NCBI GenBank assembly: GCA_964608265.1
Contig: CAZSNP010000019.1
Location: 120-64,119, forward strand
Length of the DNA stretch: 64,000 nucleotides
Direction of reading: 5' to 3'
From: an uncultured Anaerolineales bacterium
Lineage (GTDB): Bacteria > Chloroflexota > Anaerolineae > Anaerolineales > UBA6663
Shown piece after piece: positions 26,901-35,001 of this stretch (positions within the stretch are counted from its first letter, which is position 1; every line of letters begins with the position of its first letter). The notes under the pieces are model-generated. The model saw only the letters and a program-made list of their open reading frames with translations, was not told the origin of the DNA and ran no database searches. Both the position numbers and the translations under genes were made by a program.

Positions 26901-27475
26901 TCACCAACCACCACGGCGTGCAATACCTCGCGCAGCTTGAGCAGACCCAGCCGCACCCGAGTGTGCACGGTTCCCAACGGTTCTCCGGTTCGCTCGGCAA
27001 TCTCCCGCCGCGTCAACCCACCGAAATACGACAGCTCGATCACCACCCGCTGCGTCTCGGGCAAGCTCGCCAATGCGCGCCGCACCGCATGATGGTCGAG
27101 GCTGGCGCTGGTGGCATCCGCGACACTGGCGGATGGGTCGGGCACGTCATCCATCCGCTGAGCGTCGGCCTCCGTCTCGGTCGGCTCTGGCCGCACCTTG
27201 CGCCGGCGCAATGCGTCAATAGACAGATTGCGCGCGATGCCGAACATCCAGCCGGCGAAGGCGCCGCGGTGCGCCTCATAGGTGGTCGCGTTGCGCCACA
27301 CGCGCCAAAACGTCTCCTGCACCACCTCTTCGGCTGTGGCTCGCTGGCCGGTGATCTTCAGCGCCAGGCCCAATACCGTCGAGGCATACCGGTCATATAA
27401 CACCTCAAACGCGCCGGCGTCGCCACGGGCTGCTCGGGCGATGAGGATTTCGTCGCTCAAGTCGTTGTGGGTCAT
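26897..27475 (-). CDS. ECF-type sigma-70 family sigma factor
   Basis: 192 aa from ATG 27475. Region 2 (FEVLYDRY...VQETFWRVW) and region 4 (LPETQRVVIELSYFGGLTRREIAERTGEPLGTVHTRV). Confidence 0.85.
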   Translation of the reverse strand: MTHNDLSDEILIARAARGDAGAFEVLYDRYASTVLGLALKITGQRATAEEVVQETFWRVWRNATTYEAHRGAFAGWMFGIARNLSIDALRRRKVRPEPTETEADAQRMDDVPDPSASVADATSASLDHHAVRRALASLPETQRVVIELSYFGGLTRREIAERTGEPLGTVHTRVRLGLLKLREVLHAVVVGE

Positions 27476-27539
27476 GAATCGGCCCGCTCTGGTGCACCGG
27501 CCTTTTTCTGATATACGGGCCGAGGTCGGACTTGCATTA

Positions 27540-28487
27540 CTACTGCCCCAACTCCAATGTCCCCCACGTCGTCGGATCGGACAGCCGGCGCGTGTTGACG
27601 GAAGATACCATGCTCTGCTGATCGGCGGCGCCGGGCGAATCGTTATCGGAGGCCGATAACGCAAAGCCAAACCGCTGCCCGCCGGCTGGCCGCAGGCCAA
27701 ACATCGCCCACGGAATCTGCGCCTCGCAGGTGTACCCCAGCGCCGTCTGTTGCGACGCCACCACCACGTTCACCGGAACACCGGCGGCAGCGCGCGGAAA
27801 CCACAGCCAGGCCTCCGCCCCGTCGCCGCTGTTGGTGCCCGGCGAGAGGCCGAGTTGAAAATCATCGCCGTTCAGCGAAGCGCCGCTGAAATCTCCGGCC
27901 AGGTCGGCATCGAACAACATCTCGACGCTGTCGCCGCGAAACAGCGCTTCGCCGCGCTGTGTCTGCACAAAGGCATCGTCGGTGACAATGGCGGCCAGGT
28001 ATAGATTGGCCTCATCCCACGCCAGCGCGAACTGCACATTCAAGTCGGCGGTGCCGGCCCAGTTCTCGGGGCGAAAGACGGCGCTCTCCGCCCGATACGG
28101 CCAGTCCGACCAATCGGACAACAACCCATCCACCACCGGCGCGTTGCGGCGTTGAGCGATGATGAGGGCGCCATTCGAGCGCGCCGGAGGTGTGAAGGAA
28201 GGGAGCGGTGTGGGCGGGAGCGCGGTCGTGGCCGCCGGGATGGGCGTAGCCGCGGGTGGCGCGGTGACGCCCGCGCTCTGCGTGGCGGTCGCAACCGAGA
28301 TCACGCCGGTGGACAAGCCGCCCGGATTGAGCGTCAGCGCCACGCTCGTGCCGACGGCGTTGGCGGTGGCGGCGCTATCCGGCGGGGCGGAGGTGCGCAG
28401 CGCGAACAACAACCCCAGCACGCCAATGGCGACGACGATGAGGACGATCAGCGCCAGCACCACGACGGCCAGTCTATTCGCCGCCAT
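27540..28487 (-). CDS. membrane-anchored protein with CBM9/DOMON-like carbohydrate-binding domain
   Basis: TM helix, an Ala/Thr/Pro linker, then DGLLSDW...FALAWDEANLYLAAIVTDD...GDSVEMLFD. Confidence 0.6.
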   Translation of the reverse strand: MAANRLAVVVLALIVLIVVAIGVLGLLFALRTSAPPDSAATANAVGTSVALTLNPGGLSTGVISVATATQSAGVTAPPAATPIPAATTALPPTPLPSFTPPARSNGALIIAQRRNAPVVDGLLSDWSDWPYRAESAVFRPENWAGTADLNVQFALAWDEANLYLAAIVTDDAFVQTQRGEALFRGDSVEMLFDADLAGDFSGASLNGDDFQLGLSPGTNSGDGAEAWLWFPRAAAGVPVNVVVASQQTALGYTCEAQIPWAMFGLRPAGGQRFGFALSASDNDSPGAADQQSMVSSVNTRRLSDPTTWGTLELGQ

Positions 28488-28902
28488 CGCCAGACTCGGG
28501 CGCGGAGGGTTGCTCCACGCGCTCGACCTCGCCGTGATAGTTCAGCACGATGCGAAAGCCCATCATCCCCATGAAGGCGCGCGCCTGCTCGGGCAGCCCC
28601 TGGGCGATGAGGTGATCGAACTGGGCGTCGAGGTTGTTCAGCGACGAATCAATCGCCGCCTTGGTGAACAGGTCTTCCTGCCCCATCATCTTCATCACGC
28701 CTTCGCTCACCGCGTCGCGGTTTTCGGTGATCTGCCCGCCGAGGTGGCGGAGCACCTGCCGGTCCACGGCCTCGGCATCGATGTGAAACCTGAAGCCGTT
28801 ATCCTCGACGACGTATTGCGCCGCGCCGCCGACCAGCGTCACGTTGACCGCCCGGCCGTCCGGGTCGGAGACCAGACCTTCGAAAAGTGCGCGGGTGCTC
28901 AT
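28474..28902 (-). CDS. hypothetical cytoplasmic protein
   Basis: 142 aa from ATG 28902 (TAATG overlap with the LD-transpeptidase stop). Good codon bias. No family recognised. Confidence 0.6.
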   Translation of the reverse strand: MSTRALFEGLVSDPDGRAVNVTLVGGAAQYVVEDNGFRFHIDAEAVDRQVLRHLGGQITENRDAVSEGVMKMMGQEDLFTKAAIDSSLNNLDAQFDHLIAQGLPEQARAFMGMMGFRIVLNYHGEVERVEQPSAPESGDGGE

Positions 28903-29915
28903 TAGGTGATGAGGACGGGCGTGCCCTTGGCGTCCACAAACTGCTTGTCCGCCGGCACCGTCGGCAGCGTCCAGCGATAGACCCAGTGCGCGACATCGCT
29001 GGGCACGTTGACGCAACCGTGGCTGCGCGGCCGGCCGAAATCGTTGTGCCAGTATGTGCCGTGGATGGCCGTGCCCCACCAGTGAAAGTACGTGACCCAC
29101 GGCACTCCGGGCAGATCGAAGAAATCCGCCGCGGCCCCGTCGTCACCGGCCATGTGGCGCGAGGCCCGTTTGCTGATCACCGTCCACTCGCCGCGCGGCG
29201 TGCCGTACACGGTCTCGCCGTTTTCTTTGCGCAGCGGTATCCCGGTGGAGCACTTCGACTCCAGCATGAGCGTGCTGCCCTGATAGCATTTCAACGTCTG
29301 CGCTTCGAGGCTGATCTCGATGCGTTTATCGGTGACGGCGGGGGAAAGCGGCTCGAATGCCTCGGGCGGGACGCGGCGCAGGTGCTCGCCGGGCACCCAA
29401 TGATAGGTGCGCGTGCGGTCGCCGAGGATGCCATACCAGATCTTCCCGTCATCATCGAGCGCCGTCTTCATCACCCAATGGGTGGTGCCGTGATAAAACT
29501 TGTAATCGCCGCGGAAGCCCGGCCCCGGCGCGACGCGGCTCTGCGTCACCGGCACGCTCACCTCGGCCACGAAACCGTCCCTGGGCAGATGGCGCGTCGG
29601 CGTCTGTAATTCGTAGCGCACCAACTGCACGGGCGCGGAGTGCACGAAGCCGCGCCGCACCCGCCACCAGCGTTTGTTGATGGCGTGCGGGTCTTCGGCC
29701 TCCGCCTCGCCATAGATATTGAAGACCGTATCCGCGCCGAGGAAGTTGAGGGTTTTGGATTTGAAGTTGGGCCGCTCGTAAATGTACAATCCCAGCACTG
29801 CCCGGCCCAGCGCCAGCACCTCGCGCGGGGCTTCGGCGGGCGGCAACGGCGGCAGGAACAATCCGCCCGCGGCCAAACCCAGGGTTCTCAGGAAGTCACG
29901 TCGTGATAACGGCAT
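28902..29915 (-). CDS. L,D-transpeptidase (YkuD family), Tat-exported
   Basis: Tat motif MPLSRRDFLRTLG. Catalytic motif HGTYWHNDFGRPRSHGCVNV. Extended -10 TGGTATAAT (29925-29933, minus strand) lies 9 nt before the ATG. Confidence 0.85.
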   Translation of the reverse strand: MPLSRRDFLRTLGLAAGGLFLPPLPPAEAPREVLALGRAVLGLYIYERPNFKSKTLNFLGADTVFNIYGEAEAEDPHAINKRWWRVRRGFVHSAPVQLVRYELQTPTRHLPRDGFVAEVSVPVTQSRVAPGPGFRGDYKFYHGTTHWVMKTALDDDGKIWYGILGDRTRTYHWVPGEHLRRVPPEAFEPLSPAVTDKRIEISLEAQTLKCYQGSTLMLESKCSTGIPLRKENGETVYGTPRGEWTVISKRASRHMAGDDGAAADFFDLPGVPWVTYFHWWGTAIHGTYWHNDFGRPRSHGCVNVPSDVAHWVYRWTLPTVPADKQFVDAKGTPVLIT

Positions 29916-31125
29916 GCTGAGACGATTATACCAACGGCTTTTTCTCGCGCTATCCCTTCTCATCTCCGCTCAATCTTCACCGGCGGCAGCTCAGTCGGGC
30001 GACTACGGCGATTGGCGCCTCCCCCTGCCGGCCGGCGAGTGGACGATTTCGCGCGGGCCGTGCGGCGCGGAGACGCCGTACGATCATCCGTGTGGTTACT
30101 ACGAGGATGATTGCGCCCTCGATCTGGTGCCCCGCGATGGCGGCGATATCACCGGCACGCCGGTGCTCGCGGCGCACGCTGGCGTCATCGCCTACGTTGG
30201 CCGGCGCAGCGATGCCGGCATCGGCGTCATGGTCGAGCACGCCGATGGCCGGGTGAGCGCGGTCTTCCACCTTTCGCGCGCGGGGGTGATGGTGGGGCAA
30301 GCGGTGCAACGCGGCGACCTGCTCGGCGAGGCGGGCGGCACCGGCACCAGCCGCCCGCACCTCCACTTTCATGTGCAGAAGAACATCGTTGAACGGGAGT
30401 GTCTGTGGCCGGGCGGTATTGACGGGCAGGATTTTCGAGGCGCGCTGGTCGTCTCGCGCAACCTGTCGGCGGCGCAACTCAACCTGCGGCTGGCGCAGCG
30501 CCAGCTCGATGCCCGGCCGCCGCTCGTGGTCTCGCGCCAACTCGAGTCGGTGCCGCTGCCGATATCGATTCCGCCGGAGGCGGTGGTGCAGGTCCCGGTT
30601 GTGCTCACCGGGGCGCTCAGCCAGACGACCATCCTGCGCAGTTCTGCCGTGTGGGGGCCAAACCATCGCTCCGTCGCGAGCACCGTCCTCACGCGCACGG
30701 CCGACGGGCCGCTGTTTCGCATCCCGGTGCAAGCCAACACGCTGCGAAGGTGGGCCTTGCACAGTGACCCGGCGCTGGCAAACGAAGTATTCCACTTCAC
30801 GTTTGAGGTCGGTGCACTGCGTTCAACCGAGATTCCGGTGGGCATCGTCCTCCAGAATCCGGAGTTCGTCAGCCCGACGAGCTACAGCGCGTGGGGCTCG
30901 GCGCCGCAATTGTGCTGGCGCCTCGGCGGCGCGGTGAAGCAGCCGGTGCGCTTTCGCGTGCGCGTGGTCGGCCCGCAGCCGGCGGATAGCGGCTGGCAAG
31001 CGGCGACGTGCTGGCAGCCGCCTCAACTTCGGAAAGGGACGTACTTCTGGAAGGTCTTTGTCCGCGACGGTGATGGCTTTGTCAACCGCACCCATCAGCG
31101 CCCGCAGGCCTTCGTAATTCGGTGA
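29914..31125 (+). CDS. secreted M23-family metallopeptidase
   Basis: Signal peptide MLRRLYQRLFLALSLLISAQS. M23 motifs HADGRVSAVFHLS and SRPHLHFHVQ. Confidence 0.8.
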   Translation: MLRRLYQRLFLALSLLISAQSSPAAAQSGDYGDWRLPLPAGEWTISRGPCGAETPYDHPCGYYEDDCALDLVPRDGGDITGTPVLAAHAGVIAYVGRRSDAGIGVMVEHADGRVSAVFHLSRAGVMVGQAVQRGDLLGEAGGTGTSRPHLHFHVQKNIVERECLWPGGIDGQDFRGALVVSRNLSAAQLNLRLAQRQLDARPPLVVSRQLESVPLPISIPPEAVVQVPVVLTGALSQTTILRSSAVWGPNHRSVASTVLTRTADGPLFRIPVQANTLRRWALHSDPALANEVFHFTFEVGALRSTEIPVGIVLQNPEFVSPTSYSAWGSAPQLCWRLGGAVKQPVRFRVRVVGPQPADSGWQAATCWQPPQLRKGTYFWKVFVRDGDGFVNRTHQRPQAFVIR

Positions 31126-31196
31126 GCCGGGGAGGGAAGAGGTCGAGTGAGCGAACCCCGCGCCGGCGCTGGCCGCTCGTTTGCGCTCGACTTCAT

Positions 31197-31225
31197 TTGC
31201 CATTTGCACTTCGGTGAAGTACACT
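31197..31225 (+). promoter_or_regulatory. recA promoter with overlapping palindromic operator candidate
   Basis: TTGCCA (31197-31202), 17 nt, TACACT (31220-31225). An imperfect palindrome TGCACTTC-GGT-GAAGTACA (31205-31223) spans the spacer and the -10 box. Confidence 0.5.
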
Positions 31226-31252
31226 CGCGCCACTCAAGTATCGGAGAAATTC

Positions 31253-32284
31253 ATGGCAAGCGGCAAAGACAAAGCGCTTGATGCAGCCCTCAGCCAGATC
31301 AAAAAGCAGTATGGCGAAGGCGCGGTGATGCGGCTCGGCGAAGCCACCCACCTCGCCGTCGAGGCCATCCCCACCGGCTCGCTGTCGCTCGACCTCGCCC
31401 TCGGCATCGGCGGCATCCCCCGCGGGCGTGTCACCGAAATCTACGGCCCCGAGTCGTCGGGCAAGACGACGATCTGCCAGCACGTGGTGGCCGAGGCGCA
31501 GAGGCGCGGCGATGTGTGCGCCTATATCGACATGGAGCACGCCCTCGACCCCGGCTACGCCGAGAAGTGCGGGGTGGATGTCGACAACCTCTACATCGCC
31601 CAACCCGACACGGGCGAGCAGGCGCTCGAGATCGCCCAGACCCTCGTGCGCTCCGGCGCGGTCGGCGTGGTGGTGGTGGACTCGGTCGCCGCGCTCGTCC
31701 CCCGCTCCGAACTCGAAGGCGACATGGGCGACGCGACGATGGGTGTGCAGGCCCGGCTGATGTCGCAAGCCCTGCGCAAACTCTCCGGCGCGATCAAACA
31801 GACCAATACGGCCATGATCTTCACCAATCAATTGCGGATGAAGATCGGCGTGATGTTCGGCAACCCGGAGACGACGACCGGGGGCAACGCGCTCAAGTTC
31901 TACGCCAGCGTGCGGCTGGATGTGCGCCGCATCCAGGCCCTCAAGGACGGCGAGCACGTCGTCGGCAGCCGCACCCGCGTGCGCGTGACCAAGAACAAGG
32001 TCGCCCCGCCTTTCCGCGAGGCTGAGTTTGATATAATGCATGCCGAAGGGATTTCCAAGATCGGTGACTTGATTGATCTGGGAACCAAATTGGAAGTCAT
32101 CACCAAACGCGGCGCGTTCTTCTCTTTCAACGACACCCGTTTGGGCCAGGGCCGGGAGAACGTGAAGAAATTCCTCACCGACCGCCCGGAGATGGCCGAG
32201 ATAATCGAGGCCACCATCCGCCGGCAGATGGGCGAGGCCAGGGTTGACCTCGGCGCCGGCGCCGAGGCCGAAGACGACGAGTAA
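31253..32284 (+). CDS. recA: recombinase RecA
   Basis: Canonical RecA sequence with Walker [19 protein letters not shown]. Start trimmed to ATG 31253. Confidence 0.97.
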   Translation: MASGKDKALDAALSQIKKQYGEGAVMRLGEATHLAVEAIPTGSLSLDLALGIGGIPRGRVTEIYGPESSGKTTICQHVVAEAQRRGDVCAYIDMEHALDPGYAEKCGVDVDNLYIAQPDTGEQALEIAQTLVRSGAVGVVVVDSVAALVPRSELEGDMGDATMGVQARLMSQALRKLSGAIKQTNTAMIFTNQLRMKIGVMFGNPETTTGGNALKFYASVRLDVRRIQALKDGEHVVGSRTRVRVTKNKVAPPFREAEFDIMHAEGISKIGDLIDLGTKLEVITKRGAFFSFNDTRLGQGRENVKKFLTDRPEMAEIIEATIRRQMGEARVDLGAGAEAEDDE

Positions 32285-32622
32285 CAATTCCGAGCCGCGC
32301 GCTCCGCACGTGCGCCGGCCACTGACCGAAATCAATCTTTACCGAGATCAGTTGACGTTGGATTTCCGATGGCGCCCTGTGCGCGCGATCGTGTGGAATG
32401 AAATTGGAATGCAGAAGCGGCGACGTGTGAGGTGGTGGTTGTGGCAAAGACCGAATCGCTCGGCTGACTTCTGCCGTCCCGACGCCGCCGGCGCCTGAGT
32501 TTCGCCCGCGGCCGCGTCGCGCGGCGTTCCAATCGCAACTGAGACGGAAGAGACGGCTGTGGCCCGCGTCGGTGGATGGCGCGCGTCACAGCTTTTTTGT
32601 TCGCGCTGCGCGAGGCTTTGCA

Positions 32623-33246
32623 ATGAAGGTAACGGCCCTCCGAGTTCAAGCCCGGAACAAGAACCGGGTCAATGTCTACCTGGACGGCAGGTTCGCCTTC
32701 GGGCTGGCGAAACTCGAGGCCGCCCGGCTGCGGATCGGGCAGGAGTTGGATGAGGCGGCGGTCGCCCGGCTGCAAACCGCCGACAGCCGCGAACAGATTC
32801 ACGAGCGGGCGCTGCGCCTCATCGCCCGACGCGCGCGCTCCGAGTCTGAAGTGCGCGAGAACCTGAAGAAGCACGGTGTCGCGGAACCGTTGATCGACGC
32901 CGAGATCGCCCGGCTGCGCGAGACCGGGCTGTTGAACGATGAGACGTTTGCCAAGTTGTGGGTGGAGAACCGCGCCGCATTTCGACCGCGCAGTCAACGC
33001 GCCCTGCAGGTCGAACTCAAGCGCAAAGGGGTGCCGCCCGCCGCGATGAGGGCCGCGCTGGCCGAGACGAACGATGCAGACGCCGCCTACCGGCTGGCCA
33101 CCCAGCGCGCTCGCCGCCTCACCGCCCTGCCCCGCGACGAGTTCCGCCGCAAGCTGGCGGGCTTCCTCGCCCGGCGCGGGTTCGACTACGACACCGTCGG
33201 GCCGCTGGTGGAACGGGCGTGGCAGGAATTGCATACGGACGACTGA
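32623..33246 (+). CDS. recX: RecA regulator RecX
   Basis: RecX-like helical repeats (RALRLIARRARSESEVRENLKK...). Lies downstream of recA. Confidence 0.8.
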   Translation: MKVTALRVQARNKNRVNVYLDGRFAFGLAKLEAARLRIGQELDEAAVARLQTADSREQIHERALRLIARRARSESEVRENLKKHGVAEPLIDAEIARLRETGLLNDETFAKLWVENRAAFRPRSQRALQVELKRKGVPPAAMRAALAETNDADAAYRLATQRARRLTALPRDEFRRKLAGFLARRGFDYDTVGPLVERAWQELHTDD

Positions 33247-33275
33247 AAACCCCGGCGCGCTAAGCGAGAGAGACC

Positions 33276-34847
33276 ATGATTACGGGCAGCGGATTTGAAA
33301 TCCTGATCGAAGTTCTGGTGTTTTTGTTGGTCGGGCTGGGCATCGGTTTTTGGTTTGGGCAGCGACAGCAGAAGCTGAAGACTCAAGTGCGCGAGCAAGA
33401 GGTGGAGCAGAAGGCCCGCGAACTCGAGCAGCGCTCCGCCAGCCTCACACAACAGGTCGAGACGCAGTCCAGAGAGATCGTGATCAAGGCCAAGGATGAG
33501 GCCATCCGCATCAAGAACGAGGCCGAGGCGGAATCGGTGCGCCGGCTGGGCGAGTTGAACAAGGAAGACCAGCGGCTTGCCCGCCGCCGCGAAGACCTCG
33601 ACCGCAAAGTCGAGCAGCACGATCAGCGGCGTTCGCAACTCGACAAGCGCCAGGCCCAGCTCGACAAACGCGAGGCCGACCTCAACAAGCTGCAGGAAAA
33701 ACGCAGCGAGGAACTTCAGCGCGTGGCGGCGATGTCGCAGGACGAGGCCCGCAGCATCCTCATCGCCGAGGTCGAAAAGACGGCGCGCGGCGACATGGCC
33801 CGCACTATCCGCCAGATCGAAGAGGAGGCCCGGGCCGAGGGCGACCGGCGCGCGCGCGGCATCATCTCCACCGCCATCCAGCGCCTCGCCTCCGAGCACG
33901 TCTCCGAGATCACGGTCTCGGTGGTGCCGCTGCCCGCCGACGAGATGAAGGGCCGCATCATCGGCCGCAACGGGCGCAACATCCGCACCTTCGAACAGGC
34001 CGCCGGGGTGGATGTGATTGTGGACGACACGCCCGAGGCCGTCACCGTCTCCTCCTTCGACCCCATTCGCCGTGAGGTCGCCAAGCGCGCGCTGGCCAAG
34101 CTCGTCGTGGATGGCCGCATCCATCCGGCCCACATCGAGAAGCTGGTGCACGACGCCCAGAAGGAAGTCGAGGGCGTAATCAAGGAGGCCGGTGAGCAGG
34201 CGGCGTTCGAGGCCGGTGTGCCCGGCCTGCATCCCGAAATCCTGCGCCTGCTGGGGCGGCTGAAGTTCCGCACCTCGTACGGCCAGAATCAGCACGGGCA
34301 TGCGATCGAGACCGCGCTGCTGGCGGGGGCCATCGCCGCTGAACTCGGCGCGGACGTGGGGCTGGCGAAGGCCGGCGGCCTGCTGCACGACATCGGCAAG
34401 GCGCTCGATCACGAGGTCGAAGGCACGCACGCCGCCATCGGCGCGGAATACGCCAAACGCTACGGCGTCAACGCCAAGGTCGTCAACGCGATCGCGTCGC
34501 ACCACCACGAGGTCGAGCAGCAGTCGGTCGAGGCCATCATCGTCGAGGCCGCCGACGCCATCTCCGGCGCGCGGCCCGGCGCGCGGCGCGAGTCGCTCGA
34601 GCAGTACATCAAACGCATCAAAGGGCTGGAGGAGATCGCCAACTCCTTCACCGGCGTGCAGCAGAGCTTTGCGCTGCAGGCGGGCCGCGAGGTCCGCATC
34701 ATCGTCAACCCCGACCGCATTGATGACCTGGCCGCGCTGCAGATGAGCCGCGAGATCGCCAGGAAGATCGAGGAGACGATGACATACCCCGGCCAGATCC
34801 GCGTCACCGTCATCCGCGAGACGCGGGCGACCGAGTTCGCCAAGTAA
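33276..34847 (+). CDS. rny: ribonuclease Y
   Basis: N-terminal TM helix, a long coiled coil, a KH domain ([15 protein letters not shown]) and an HD domain (LLHDIGKA...). Confidence 0.95.
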   Translation: MITGSGFEILIEVLVFLLVGLGIGFWFGQRQQKLKTQVREQEVEQKARELEQRSASLTQQVETQSREIVIKAKDEAIRIKNEAEAESVRRLGELNKEDQRLARRREDLDRKVEQHDQRRSQLDKRQAQLDKREADLNKLQEKRSEELQRVAAMSQDEARSILIAEVEKTARGDMARTIRQIEEEARAEGDRRARGIISTAIQRLASEHVSEITVSVVPLPADEMKGRIIGRNGRNIRTFEQAAGVDVIVDDTPEAVTVSSFDPIRREVAKRALAKLVVDGRIHPAHIEKLVHDAQKEVEGVIKEAGEQAAFEAGVPGLHPEILRLLGRLKFRTSYGQNQHGHAIETALLAGAIAAELGADVGLAKAGGLLHDIGKALDHEVEGTHAAIGAEYAKRYGVNAKVVNAIASHHHEVEQQSVEAIIVEAADAISGARPGARRESLEQYIKRIKGLEEIANSFTGVQQSFALQAGREVRIIVNPDRIDDLAALQMSREIARKIEETMTYPGQIRVTVIRETRATEFAK

Positions 34848-34885
34848 CCTCACCGCAGACCGCGCGCGGTAGATCCACGGAAAGC

Positions 34886-34916
34886 ACGGAGCGGCAACGA
34901 CAGCCGCTCCGTTTTG
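34886..34916 (+). terminator. rho-independent terminator after rny
   Basis: ACGGAGCGGC-AACGACA-GCCGCTCCGT followed by TTTTG. Confidence 0.8.
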
Positions 34917-35001
34917 ATTCCGAATCAGGCGCGAGATCATCCCCGCCGCACATTGGCGGAGCGTGTAGCCCGGCGGCTGCGTTGGAGTAGAATTTCCCGC
35001 G

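Noticed and set aside
31126-31252. Canonical LexA boxes upstream of recA (GAAC-N4-GTTC, CTGT-N8-ACAG, cyanobacterial RGTAC-N3-DGTWC).
   Set aside because: None of these patterns is present. Only the non-canonical TGCACTTC-GGT-GAAGTACA palindrome was found, and it is reported as a hypothesis.
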